Of a stretch of DNA of 64,000 bases, positions 23,387 to 35,648 are shown piece after piece. The stretch comes from Terriglobia bacterium. GTDB lineage: Bacteria; Acidobacteriota; Terriglobia; 20CM-2-55-15. The notes below the pieces were generated by a model, which was not told the DNA's origin, searched no databases, and saw nothing but the letters and a program-made list of their open reading frames with translations. The translations under genes and the position numbers were made by a program. The stretch's first letter is position 1; each line of letters starts with the position of its first letter. The DNA is taken from NCBI GenBank assembly GCA_965218585.1, contig CBDCLE010000004.1:64001-128000 (forward strand), given 5' to 3'.

Positions 23387-24663
23387 CTATTGGCCTCATC
23401 GGACAATAACCAGCCGACTGTTCGGTTGTTCTCGTGCAGGTATTTTCCGCAGACCGCGGCGACGCCGGCGGCATCCACGGCCGCGACCTCAGATAGATAC
23501 TGATCGATGTAATCCAGTTCAGCGAGGGTTTCGATCTGACCAAGCAACATCGCCTGATCCAGGGTTCGTTCCATGGAAAAAACAAAATGGGCCTCAATCT
23601 GATGCTTCGCGCGCTTCAACTCGGCGTCAGTGATCCCTTCGGCCGCGATCCGGGCCAACTCGTCATGAACGCTGGCTTCAATCGCTTCCGGCCCACGCTC
23701 ACCGCAGCTTTCGCCGCGGATGTAGAAGAGGGTTGGATCCATTGATTCTCCGTATTCGGCAGTCACAAACGTCGTCGCGTTTTCGCTCTCGACTAACCGC
23801 TGGTAAAGCCGGGACGCCTTACCCTCCGCGAGTGCGACGGCCAGAACCTGCAGCGGGTAGGAGTCGGGATGACCGATTTCCGGAGTGTGATAGGCAATCG
23901 CCATCCGCGGAACGTCAGAACGCCATCGGACATCGATGCGCTTCTCCACGCTCTGACGGGGCTCGGTGGCGGTTCCTCTCGGTATTATCTCGCCGCCGGG
24001 AATCTTGTTGAAAGCGTCTGACACTTCCTCCAACGCCTGCTCGGTTTCGAAATCACCCACAAGTACAAGCGTGGCATTCGACGGGTGATAGTACTTTCTA
24101 TAGTGCGCTTCCATCGTGGCTGGCGTTGCAGCTTCCAGATCCGGAAGCCAGCCAATCACTGGATTGCGATAGGTGTGCCGCTCGAACGCCTTGGTATTGA
24201 GTTCCTGCATCAACTTACCCCAGGGCTGGTCGAGGCCGGATTTCAATTCTTCGATGACCACGTTCTTTTCGGCTTCAAACTCGGCAGGGTCGAAAATTGT
24301 ATGGACCATGCGGTCGGCTTCGATGTCGAGCGCCGTTTGCCAGCGGTCAGAGGCAAAGCTGAAATAGTAGGCTGTGAAGTCGTAAGACGTGAAGGCATTG
24401 TTGCTGCCCCCGTTTCTCATCGTCAACAGATCGATGATTCCCTTGCCGTATCGTTCGGTCCCTTTAAAGAGCATGTGCTCCAGAAAATGAGAGCTTCCCG
24501 TGTGCCCCGCCACCTCATCGGCAGCGCCCACGCGATACCAGATCATGCTCGTGACGGTGGGGGAACGGTGACTTTCCCGTGTGAGGACCACTAATCCGTT
24601 GTCGAGTACCGTCCTCCGGACATCGGCGGTCGAGAGGACTGAAGAATTGGATCGTGCTGGCAT
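23383..24663 (-). CDS. M16-family zinc peptidase, catalytic subunit
   Basis: HFLEHMLFKGT, NAFTS.D.T.Y and VVIEE motifs. Confidence 0.92.
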   Translation of the reverse strand: MPARSNSSVLSTADVRRTVLDNGLVVLTRESHRSPTVTSMIWYRVGAADEVAGHTGSSHFLEHMLFKGTERYGKGIIDLLTMRNGGSNNAFTSYDFTAYYFSFASDRWQTALDIEADRMVHTIFDPAEFEAEKNVVIEELKSGLDQPWGKLMQELNTKAFERHTYRNPVIGWLPDLEAATPATMEAHYRKYYHPSNATLVLVGDFETEQALEEVSDAFNKIPGGEIIPRGTATEPRQSVEKRIDVRWRSDVPRMAIAYHTPEIGHPDSYPLQVLAVALAEGKASRLYQRLVESENATTFVTAEYGESMDPTLFYIRGESCGERGPEAIEASVHDELARIAAEGITDAELKRAKHQIEAHFVFSMERTLDQAMLLGQIETLAELDYIDQYLSEVAAVDAAGVAAVCGKYLHENNRTVGWLLSDEANS

Positions 24664-24894
24664 TTTCGATTTTTCGGTCTACTATCTGTCCTGAACCGGC
24701 GGGGAACAGAACCTTCTTTCCCGGGATTCCTGTCTCCCGAGCTGGTGTTTGACAAATACGACTCGCAAACTACCATAGCCCAAAGTGGCTGTCAATTGTA
24801 ACTGCCAATATAACTTAGAGTTACGGGTGGAGGAGTTTTTCATATCGACGGGTGTGTCCCCGAGGGAAGAAAATATAACTACAAAGATAGTAAT

Positions 24895-25375
24895 ATGTCC
24901 AAAACGCCTTCACACTCTCAATTGTCTCCGCCCGAAGTCCAGAAGTCCTTTGATCTTCTTGGAATTCCAAGCCGCTTCACCGAAACGGAGATCGAACGGT
25001 TGGAATCCGATAAGGTACTGGCGCAAGAGGGGTTTCTCACGTTCCCAACACCCGATGACAACAACGCCCTGTCGATCCTAACCCTGAGGAAAGCCTTGGG
25101 TACGAACCCATCGCGGGAACCGGTTTTTTACGATCATCCGTGGTACCTGGAAGACGCGTTCGGGTCTCTCCGCTGTGACCCGGGATGGCATTCTGTCCGG
25201 ATGGAGGTCACTGCCGACAGCATCGGCCAGCCAGTATACTATGCAGATAGTATTAAATCGTCCGGGCACTTCCTTCCCTCCGCGATCGAGGTGGCCCTTA
25301 TGCTCTTCCTGAACTTCACCCTCACCGGGAAACGCCTGCTTGTGAACAAACATAGCTGGACCAGAGATCGTACGG
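24895..25375 (+). pseudogene. Hypothetical protein, 3'-truncated
   Basis: Coding-like up to KHSWTRDRT, then runs into the antisense of the diguanylate cyclase fragment. Confidence 0.5.
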
Positions 25376-26310
25376 AAAGGCTGACGCCACCGGCGGGCAA
25401 ATGACAAGGTGCGAACCATGTCTTCTTCCAGAAATTTCCGGTTTGCCAATCCGGTCAGAGGGTCTTTGCGCATGAGGCGGCTGATCGTCTTTTTGGCCTC
25501 CTCCAGGCTCTTCTCAGATCCCTTGCGTTGACTGATATCGTGTATGAACGCGTTGAAGTGAGCCGACTCGCCGTTCCGTTTGGCCGAAATGGTCAGTTCG
25601 ATCGGAAACTCTCGGCCAGTCTTGTCACGTGCGGTCAGGCCGAGGTTTTGTGAAAGCACCTGGCTTACCTGGAGCTCGCCGAGGCGTCGCATTCCTTCAC
25701 GCCGCTTTTCAGGAGGATCCGCCGGTATGATCGTTTCAACGAACGATTCGCCAAGGACGACCTCCCGTTTCCAACCAAAGACAGTTTCCGCCTGCCGGTT
25801 CCACTCCTTGATCCTTCCTTCCGCATCGATCGTGACGAGAGCAACGGGCACTTCCTCGACAACTTCCCGCCACTCCCGAGCCGCTGCTTCGTGCCGTCTT
25901 TGCTCTGTGACGTCTGAAACGAAGCCTTCAATGCGAGGGGGGTACTCCTCGAGCGGCGACACACGGCGGCCGTTGTCGGTCACCCATTTTTCTGTTCCGT
26001 CGGGGAGCGAGAGCCGGTAGGTGATCCCGAACGCCTCACCTTGCTTCAGCGCTGAACGCACATCTTTCGATACTCGACCGAGGTCGTCTGTGTGAATCAG
26101 GCGGCTCCAGGAAGCCATGGGGTTTGCCGTGAGGTCTTCCGGACGGTATCCGGTCAGGGCCTGACTCCCCTGGCTGACAAATTCCATCGTCCAGTCACCG
26201 TCCCACCGACACCGGTAAACCATCCCCGGTAAGTGATCGAATAACCCGATCGCGTCAAAATCGGTCAGGCCGGTGACATTTTGTGGCGATTCCTGAATGG
26301 GGTTGTGCAT
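25373..26310 (-). pseudogene. PAS-PAS diguanylate cyclase truncated at the start of the GGDEF domain
   Basis: Two PAS/PAC domains, then DPLTGLANRK...ARRWRQPF. No GGDEF motif follows; the ORF continues as antisense of the neighbour. Confidence 0.8.
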
Positions 26311-26467
26311 GGGTCCCTCGGGTCAAACGCCTCTGCCGTTTGAACTTCGTGAGAATCGGTAGCGAATCCCACCGTTTCTCCATCATTAATTACAGCAATT
26401 CTAGTTCCGTAAGGCGAGGGTTCTGGATTGTGAAGGATTCGACGGACGGAGCCGAGGGGCCTCGGAT

Positions 26468-27250
26468 TCAGTGGGTCATCGAGTAGACGATCCAGTTGAT
26501 TCCCATGCGGAACGCAAAGCCAGCAAATTGAGCGGGATAGCAATCGAGATCGGCCCACTCCCAGGCGTCGCCGATGTCGGTATTGAAATTGATCACCATC
26601 ATGGGCCGGCGGTCATCGTCGAAAATCGCCATCGCATAGGGAACATAGCCATCACCCTGGGAAGTCGACCCACCGTAACAACCATTGTTTACGTTGGGTA
26701 TCTGCAGGATTTCTTCGATGTCAAAGAACGAGTGGAAAAGCTGGTGCGACAGGGGGATATCTTCGGGTTCCCGTCCGGGAAAGATCTTCTTGAGCTGAGT
26801 GTAGAAGTTCCGCCACTCGTACGAGCCCCAGAAATCGTCTATTACGAGAAAACCCCCGCGCAACATGTACTCACGCAAACGTTCGGCTTCCGGCTGGCTG
26901 AGGTTCATACCGCGTCCGACTTCGAGCGCATAGAGCAACGGATAGCTGAACAGGTTGGGATCCATGATTTCGATCGCAACATCCTGGTCCATGACGACCC
27001 GGACGTTGGACATGCGATCGATAGCGTATATGAACTGCTTGTCTGCCTTGGGCCAATCAGTTGCCCAACTGCCTCGACGGCCAAAACCACGGAAATTGCT
27101 CAAACCCTCGTTGTAGATCAAACGCGCAAAGACGAACTCGGAGCCGTCTGCTCCGCCGTAGCCCCCCAACTGCGCTCCGGGAAAGAGTTGAATCGCGAGA
27201 AGGGGCAATGGGAGCAGCGCCACACCGACAATCAGTAACAATCGTTTCAT
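26468..27250 (-). CDS. DUF4159-domain secreted protein
   Basis: WATDWPKAD, LREYMLRGGFLVIDDFWG, NTDIGDAWEW and MGINWIVYSMTH; signal peptide from ATG 27250. Confidence 0.8.
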   Translation of the reverse strand: MKRLLLIVGVALLPLPLLAIQLFPGAQLGGYGGADGSEFVFARLIYNEGLSNFRGFGRRGSWATDWPKADKQFIYAIDRMSNVRVVMDQDVAIEIMDPNLFSYPLLYALEVGRGMNLSQPEAERLREYMLRGGFLVIDDFWGSYEWRNFYTQLKKIFPGREPEDIPLSHQLFHSFFDIEEILQIPNVNNGCYGGSTSQGDGYVPYAMAIFDDDRRPMMVINFNTDIGDAWEWADLDCYPAQFAGFAFRMGINWIVYSMTH

Positions 27251-27381
27251 TGGTTCGACAATCTTCTCTAGCACGCGGATCGATCCCGACCATTCTACTC
27301 ATACACCTGGTCAAACAGAAGCCCTTAGACCCCGATCGACAGGCACAATGTGATAGAAAAGGGTCTGACGCGAAGGAGCCC

Positions 27382-29400
27382 ATGGAGCGACGACCACTAT
27401 CAGGAAGGGTTCGGAAAGCTTTTCTCGATCTCGGTCGATCGACGCGGTTTCTCGTCGTCCTTATTCTCCTTGAGATCATCCACAGGGGTTCGGCAATCCT
27501 CCTGAGAGCGGAACTCCCGTCGGCCGGCCTGGTCCGATTTCTGCTCGTGATCGCTTTGGTCTTCCGGCTCTTTTCCGGATTGCTATTTCTTGCGAAGAAG
27601 ATCCTTTGGCGCGTTCGCAATCGGCTTCTCGTCACCTACGTTCTCGTTGGATTGGTTCCCATCGTCCTCGTTCTGGCGATGGTATCTATTATCGCGACCA
27701 TACTGATGGGACAGATCACGGGGTATCTCTTGATCTCCAGTCTGGACAGCAGGTACGAAGCCCTGGAAGCGGCTGCTTCCAATATCGCTGTGAGCACGGC
27801 GTTGGGAAACGAACCGGTCGGGGCAGCAACAGAAGCGCTGACCCGGGGCCGCGAGGCCCTACCCTTCCTGAATGCTGTCGTTGAGGTCGACGACCAGCCT
27901 CTTCCAACCGAAGCTTCCGCACTGAATGCTATACCCGAATGGATCGAACCCGGCTTCAAGGGATTGCTGGTCTCCGAGACGAATTATCTTCTGGTGGCCC
28001 GTTCAGCTGAGACCTTCGCGTCTTCGGTGGCGGTCATGACCTACGAAGTTCTGGACCCGACGATTCTGTCCCAGGTATTGCCCGGATTCGCAACGATTCA
28101 ACTCATCAACATTCAGACTCTTCCCTCGGGAGCACCAGAGCTTGGACGCCTTGAAGAGGAGCTCGAGCGTCTAGAGGTTGAGGTCGATGTGGAAACCCTG
28201 TCGACGCTAAGTTCGGCCACTGCCGTTCCGCTTTCCGAGCAGCGTGGATTTTGGGACCTTCCCATTGCCTGGCCGTCGCGGGTGCCCGCACAGGTTCTCG
28301 AAGACGGAACAGACTATCTGGTGGCCGCAGTTGTCGGATCGCATCCGTCATTGATCGTCCGAGAACTCTTCAGCACCTTTGAGCTTGCCGGGATACTCGG
28401 CACAGCTCTCATCCTGGTGGCTGTGGCCTTCCTCTCCGTAGAAGCGGGATCGTTACTGTTCATCGGACAGTTGACCCGATCGATAACACGCACGGTCAAA
28501 GACACCTACGAGGCAACAAAACAAGTCGAGGCCGGTAATCTGTCCCACCGCATTCCGATTCGAAACGACGACCAGTTGAACAGCCTCGCTTCGTCGTTCA
28601 ACGGAATGACAGAGAACGTTCAGCAACTGATCGCGGAGGTCAAGGACAAGGAACGGCAGGATCTGGAACTACAGATTGCCCGCGAGGTTCAGATCGGCCT
28701 GTTTCCGAAACAACGACTCCATCTCGAAAATCTGGAAGTGGTCGGAGTTTGCAGGCCGGCACGGTTGGTGAGTGGTGACTATTACGACTTCGTGCCACTC
28801 GATAAGACGAAGGCCGCTCTCGTAATCGGAGACATTTCAGGGAAGGGGATTTCGGCTGCGCTTCTCATGGCCAGCCTGCAATCTTCAGTACGTTCGCAAA
28901 TCATGATGGCGAAGAACTCCTCCACGGCCGCCATATCCCCCGCACATGTGGTCGGCCTCCTGAACGAGCAGTTGTACCAGAGCACGACGCCCGAAAGGTT
29001 CGCGACGTTCTATTACTCCGTTTACGACGACGATACCGGCGAACTGCGCTACACAAACGCCGGCCACGTGCCTCCGGTTCTTATCCGGGAAAGGTCTGCG
29101 ATCCAACTGGAGCCGACCGGAACCATCGTCGGCGCCTTTCCAGGCACCCGCTATGAAGAAAGCCGTATTCAGCTCGAGCCGGGGGACCTGATGGTGGCAA
29201 CAACCGACGGGGTCACTGAATGCGAAAATGCCGCAGGAGATCAGTTCGGTGAAGACCGTCTGATCGAACTTCTGCTCGAACACTCAAATAAGCCGCTCGA
29301 CGAACTCATCGACATCATCGTTCGGTCGGTCAACGGCTGGGCGCACGATCTTCCCGGCCAGGACGACACAACACTTCTCCTGGCACGACGCGCTTCTTAA
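27382..29400 (+). CDS. Membrane HAMP + PP2C (SpoIIE/RsbU-like) phosphatase
   Basis: TMs and HAMP, then VSGDYYD, IGDISGKG, NAGH, TDGVTE and QDDTT; RBS AAGGAG before ATG 27382. Confidence 0.92.
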   Translation: MERRPLSGRVRKAFLDLGRSTRFLVVLILLEIIHRGSAILLRAELPSAGLVRFLLVIALVFRLFSGLLFLAKKILWRVRNRLLVTYVLVGLVPIVLVLAMVSIIATILMGQITGYLLISSLDSRYEALEAAASNIAVSTALGNEPVGAATEALTRGREALPFLNAVVEVDDQPLPTEASALNAIPEWIEPGFKGLLVSETNYLLVARSAETFASSVAVMTYEVLDPTILSQVLPGFATIQLINIQTLPSGAPELGRLEEELERLEVEVDVETLSTLSSATAVPLSEQRGFWDLPIAWPSRVPAQVLEDGTDYLVAAVVGSHPSLIVRELFSTFELAGILGTALILVAVAFLSVEAGSLLFIGQLTRSITRTVKDTYEATKQVEAGNLSHRIPIRNDDQLNSLASSFNGMTENVQQLIAEVKDKERQDLELQIAREVQIGLFPKQRLHLENLEVVGVCRPARLVSGDYYDFVPLDKTKAALVIGDISGKGISAALLMASLQSSVRSQIMMAKNSSTAAISPAHVVGLLNEQLYQSTTPERFATFYYSVYDDDTGELRYTNAGHVPPVLIRERSAIQLEPTGTIVGAFPGTRYEESRIQLEPGDLMVATTDGVTECENAAGDQFGEDRLIELLLEHSNKPLDELIDIIVRSVNGWAHDLPGQDDTTLLLARRAS

Positions 29401-29406
29401 GCCGCC

Positions 29407-30036
29407 TCAGAATATTCCGTAGTCGATGACGTCGTCGAAGAAACCGGCGACGGTGAGTGTAATCGTAACGGGAAACTCGTTGTAGTTGACCCAGTACCAG
29501 CCGTGCTCCCCGTCGAAAGGCGCCACTAACGACCCGTTGTGGCCGGATCCTTCCTGATGTTCCCTGTAGCGCACGAAGAACGTATTGCCAACAGCCGGAT
29601 CATGGCCATGAAAGTCTGAATAGACCGAACCCTGATCGACCTGCCAGGAATAGGTGACGACTTTCCCCTCTCTCAAGACCGTTTTTATCTCGGTTTCCTC
29701 CCCCGGCCCGACCATGATCTCGAGAGTGCGGGTGTCGGCAGGTTCTCCTTGATCCTGGTGAATCTCAGTATTTGGCAGGGGAACGGGTTCTCCAAAATCG
29801 GGCACCTCTACTTCACGAACCCCTTCGTTGCCACCGAGAACATCCGTGATCTCCAGGGTCCGGGATGGGTTGCCAAGCGCCATCAATCCGAACACGTTTC
29901 CAATTCCCGTCGGGTCGATACCATACTCGGCAGGCAAGACTGTCGTTACGAGAACGACTAGTGCGACGACTGCGGCGCCAACGGTTGCCTGTCCGATGCG
30001 CCTTCGTGATGCAGGTTGCGGGTTTGACTCAGCCAT
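29407..30036 (-). CDS. Membrane-anchored hypothetical protein
   Basis: TM followed by LPAEYGIDPTG, DFHG and APFDGEHGWYW. Confidence 0.75.
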   Translation of the reverse strand: MAESNPQPASRRRIGQATVGAAVVALVVLVTTVLPAEYGIDPTGIGNVFGLMALGNPSRTLEITDVLGGNEGVREVEVPDFGEPVPLPNTEIHQDQGEPADTRTLEIMVGPGEETEIKTVLREGKVVTYSWQVDQGSVYSDFHGHDPAVGNTFFVRYREHQEGSGHNGSLVAPFDGEHGWYWVNYNEFPVTITLTVAGFFDDVIDYGIF

Positions 30037-30222
30037 CTGCTGTCGACCTCCTCTTAGGCTTCATAGGGCACAGCGTCAATTGCACCGCATCGAATGGGCC
30101 TATAGCTCATCAGGTTAATGAGAACAGCCACTAAATACAACAACACTCCTGATTGAGACATGAAGAGTTGGTGAAGTTTTCGTCAAAAACGCCAGGGTCG
30201 ACCTTCAGAAAACGACTGGCAG

Positions 30223-31752
30223 CTAGCGCGAAGGCGGTGGCGCGGCGCCAGAATCCGGAACGAGCATGCGTATCATCCCGTCCTGCCTTGATGTGATAAA
30301 GAGTTCGCCGTCGCGGCTGCGGCTGATATGCATGTCGGTCCGTGTGGCGGTGGCGCCGTTTGTAGCTTCGACAAGCTCCCGAAAGTTCACGAACGTGCGG
30401 TCGCCGCTCGAATTACGAATATAGAGCTGGATCTCTTCGATTGGGGCAACCGTCTCCGGAATACCATCATCGGCCGCTTTCATCGCGGCGAGATCAGCTG
30501 CGAAAAGCCGACCCCTGTTGAGGTCGCCAAACACGAACTTCCCGCGGAGTTCTTCGATAACACCGTAGTAGGCGAACCCGCCAGACACGACCTGGCCATC
30601 GTTGTGGTCGTAGATCGCCACCGGATAGGTGAATTCATCCTCTCTGTCTCCGTTGAGAACAGCTGCCGGCAACGGAAACAACTGATTGAGTGCCCCACCG
30701 GGACGGGTGACGCCATTCTCCCAATACCCTTCGCGCAACATCCAGCCGTAGTTTTCGCCTTCACGGACGATGTTGATCTCCTCGATGTGGTTCATTCCGA
30801 TGTCGGAGGCGAACATCGTTCCATCGGTGAGATCCCACGAAAGCCTGTGGGCGTTCCGAAACCCGTACGCATAAATCTCGCCGAGCGTGTTCGGGTCGTC
30901 GTCTGAAGCGAACGGGTTGATCGTCGGAATAGTGTAATCCCCAAGCCCTTTCGTCCCTCCTGATACGGAAGGACTGCGCGGATCGATCCTCAGAATGGCA
31001 CCGATGACGGTATCGAGGCGTTGCACCTGTTCGGGGCTGTTCGCGTTCGGTCCGCCGCCGTTGCTGAATCCGAAGTCACTGCCACTGGTGTAGATCAAAC
31101 CGTAGTCAGCGTCACCCGGCATCGACGTCGGATTGAAGCCCACATGACCGAGTGGGTGGGTGAGGTTGTTGACCACATGGGCCACACGGATCAGTTCCCG
31201 CCGCGTGCCCTCGAAGGTGTCCGCCGCCGGGTTCGTCGCGCGCCATTCCGTGATGATGTTGTGGTGGGTCACATCACTTCGAGTGAACCCCGGAGGAATG
31301 AAATCCGCAGTAGCGGGGTTGCCCGGCGCGTTCTCGGCATGCACGGTGTAGAACAGTCCGTTCTGTTCGAATTCCGGATGGAAATCGAATCCGATGAATC
31401 CGCTCTCGAGCCGGTTGTAAACCGCAAACGGAAAGACCTCGCCAACGTTCGTATAAATCGCGGGCTGGTTGTTGCCATCAAGGAAATACAAGAACCCGCG
31501 CGAGTCGTTGGCGAAGCGGCGGCCGTCAGCAAGGTCGCGAACGTAACTCACTCGGGCCCACCCTGCCGGATTCACGTCCTGATCGGCAGGACGCATCCCT
31601 CTCGACTCTGGTAGACGCACGACATCGGTGATCTCGACCATCAGGCCACGCTTCTCAACCGGAGCCGGGATTGGATCTGTGATCTGTGTGGCCATCGCAC
31701 TCGCGTTTCCCGCCAGCGAGATGACCATGACGAGCAATGTCCAAACGCGCAT
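30223..31752 (-). CDS. PQQ-dependent glucose/sorbosone dehydrogenase-family protein
   Basis: Signal peptide; ILRIDP, IYAYGFRN, EEINIV and NYGW motifs. Confidence 0.85.
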   Translation of the reverse strand: MRVWTLLVMVISLAGNASAMATQITDPIPAPVEKRGLMVEITDVVRLPESRGMRPADQDVNPAGWARVSYVRDLADGRRFANDSRGFLYFLDGNNQPAIYTNVGEVFPFAVYNRLESGFIGFDFHPEFEQNGLFYTVHAENAPGNPATADFIPPGFTRSDVTHHNIITEWRATNPAADTFEGTRRELIRVAHVVNNLTHPLGHVGFNPTSMPGDADYGLIYTSGSDFGFSNGGGPNANSPEQVQRLDTVIGAILRIDPRSPSVSGGTKGLGDYTIPTINPFASDDDPNTLGEIYAYGFRNAHRLSWDLTDGTMFASDIGMNHIEEINIVREGENYGWMLREGYWENGVTRPGGALNQLFPLPAAVLNGDREDEFTYPVAIYDHNDGQVVSGGFAYYGVIEELRGKFVFGDLNRGRLFAADLAAMKAADDGIPETVAPIEEIQLYIRNSSGDRTFVNFRELVEATNGATATRTDMHISRSRDGELFITSRQDGMIRMLVPDSGAAPPPSR

Positions 31753-31773
31753 AAACCCTCCTCTGAAGAGGCA

Positions 31774-32871
31774 TCAAGCCTTGAGCGAATTCACGGCAGA
31801 CGGATAGGCGTTGATGCCAAGAGCTTCCCGAAAATCTTCCGAACCTTTGATCATCATCGGTTCCAGGGGAAGACCGAGGCAATTCGCTAGACGGTCGTTC
31901 TTGCTGAAACACCCGGCAATCAGGGAGGCGGCGGCGACTGCGGCTTCTCCGAGCTCCTCGGCAAGGGCGGCTCTTGCCTGGTTCAGCCTGTCCAGGTCGT
32001 CTCCCAATAGGGCGTCAGCAAATTCTGCGAGCGAAGTTCCGCCATCAACCCCAATCTCGATGCCGGGTTCAACGAGTCCATGCAGGTTGAAGTTCTTCCC
32101 GATCATGCGGCCACTCTCACGGAGGACCATGGCGTGACCGGCCGTTCAGTAAAAGCATTCATTGATCGCCGAAACCCGTCCGGCAACGACTTCGACCTGT
32201 GGACGTGTCAGTCCTGCATGCTGCTGATAGTCGAATTCGGCAAAGTGATGCGCGGGCAGGTACTGCGCCTCATCGAGTTTCATGTGGGCCAGGTTCTCGG
32301 AAGGCGCAAGGCTCATCCCCCGAAAGATGAAAGACACCATCTTAGCGTCGCCGTACATTTCCCGGGCGGCATCACCGCCACTCGCCCCTGCAGGCACGGT
32401 ATCGACCCATGCTCCCTCGGCGATCGCCGTGGTCGGTCGCCGTCGAGACGGATTATCTCCTCCCGACACGCCGATAGCTCTGGGCCCGATACCCAGACCA
32501 CGGGCAATGACGTCGAAATTTACAAGACGCCCCACAATCCCGACGATCTCGACGTATTCGGCGTCAGTCAACCCGTCTCGAACGGCCTCCTCATAGAACT
32601 CACGCACGAAAGTTCCCGGCGAAAGCGCCGCTTCCCGCGCCACGTGTTTCGCGGTATCCGAAAGATCGGCGCCATCGTTGACCGGAGCCGGCGCACCAAC
32701 GGTTTCCTGAACGCCCGCTTCGATACGCGCAGCGTGCACCTCTTTCACGAGGGCGACGCGCTGGCTTCGCGTGAACCAGGTCCCAGGCCCGCCAAGCGCA
32801 TCAAGCTGGGCTTCATGGATCGCTTGTAACGCCGCGTCTACGGGATATTCAGAATCACTGTATAAACTCAT
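31774..32871 (-). CDS. AhpD/CMD-like protein with CxxU motif (in-frame TGA at 32148-32146, probable selenocysteine)
   Basis: LTRPQVEVVAGRVSAINECFY*TAGHAMVLRESG: both ORF-track pieces share a frame. Hairpin GGTC-CTC-CGT-GAG-AGT-GGCC follows the TGA. Confidence 0.8.
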
Positions 32872-32941
32872 TCACTCTGTCCTTGTTGTATTAACCGATT
32901 CATTAGAAGCCTACCAGAATCCGAAAACTGTCGAAATCCGT

Positions 32942-33701
32942 CTACCCCAAAACTTGCTCGACTGCCGGTGGAAATATTTCTCCGACTTCGCCTTCAACCC
33001 TCAGGGAAACACCGGGTTCGGAATCATGCTCGGTCATGCCTTGATTTATGATCAACGTAGGGAACTCCGCGCTGGGCAGCCATCAGCGGAAACCCGGCAG
33101 CCGGATACACCGAAAGCGTGGACCCTAAGGCAACAACAAGGTCCGTTTCCTCGGCAGCCTGGCTGGCTCGTTCGAGCGATTCCGGATCCAGGCCCTGGCC
33201 GAAACTGATCGTCGCCATCTTCAGGAATCCGCCGCATTCGCATGAAGGTGCGGTCCCGCTTGCGCGAAAATTCTCGAGGTGCGATTCGGGATCGTCACGC
33301 CAGTGGCATGTCTGACATTCCACGAGCAGATTCGTTCCATGGAGTTCGACCAGCCGCTCCGCGCTCGTTCCCGCAAGCGAGTGCAGCCCATCGATATTCT
33401 GGGTCACAACCGTCCCGACTTTTTCGGCCTTTTCCAGCCGAACGATTGCATGGTGCACGGAGTTGGGTCGCGCTGCGGTCATTACCGGCCATCCTTCAAG
33501 CTTGTCCGCCCAGTGCTCGATGCGCGCCTCTTCCGACTTCATGAAGTCCTGATAGTAAACAGGCTTCTTTCGTTTCCATACTCCCTGCGGACCACGAAAA
33601 TCAGGGATGCCACTTGAGGTGGAAACACCCGCACCGGTAAATATCATCATCCGGTCGGATTGGCTGAGATACGCCGCCAATTCTTGGGAGGTGTCGTTCA
33701 T
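32942..33701 (-). pseudogene. Sir2-family NAD-dependent deacylase with one extra base near 33055 (real frameshift or sequencing error)
   Basis: TGAGVSTSSGIPDFRG, TQNIDGLH, ELHG, Zn-binding Cys pairs and GSTLSVYPAA. Deleting one T restores YVIINQGMTEHD...EQVLG*. Confidence 0.85.
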
Positions 33702-33773
33702 CACATTCTAAGAGACTGGGCCGGAGATCTCTAAGCGGCCCGAATCGCAACAGGAGGATGGGGACGGGTCGGT

Positions 33774-34178
33774 CTATTTGCGACCGGCTACTGCTATGCG
33801 AACGGCTGCGCGTTGAAGCGCATCCTGAGCCCGGGGATAGTCGACGTCATCGCCGCCTTTGGAGATCAATTCTTCCGCTCGGGACCGGGCCTCGCCGGCG
33901 CGCTCTACATCTATGTTTGTAGCCGGTTCGGCAACGTCAGCCAATACCCGTACTTCGTCGTTTGAGATTTCCACGAAACCTTTCGCAAGCGCGATGGAGC
34001 TTTTCTGCCCTTCGCGGGTGTAGGAAAGCTCACCGATCGCTAGCTCGGAAAAGAGTGGAGCGTGACCGGGCAACAGGCCCAGGTAGCCGTTGAGTCCGGG
34101 AACCTGGACTTCGTCCACTTCTTCGTGGACAAGCGCCTGCTCGGGTGTGACAACTGTAAGATCGAGCCCGTTCGCCAT
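33774..34178 (-). CDS. atpC: ATP synthase F1 epsilon subunit
   Basis: VVTPE, GLLPGHAP and GFVEI motifs; operon position. Confidence 0.96.
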   Translation of the reverse strand: MANGLDLTVVTPEQALVHEEVDEVQVPGLNGYLGLLPGHAPLFSELAIGELSYTREGQKSSIALAKGFVEISNDEVRVLADVAEPATNIDVERAGEARSRAEELISKGGDDVDYPRAQDALQRAAVRIAVAGRK

Positions 34179-34187
34179 AAAAACTGC

Positions 34188-35618
<1,431 letters not shown>

Positions 35619-35648
35619 TTACGCTATTTAGTTTCAGAAACTCTACCG

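Noticed and set aside
27061-27381. N-terminal 107 aa of the 779-aa ORF
   Set aside because: It overlaps the divergent DUF4159 gene; an RBS supports ATG 27382.
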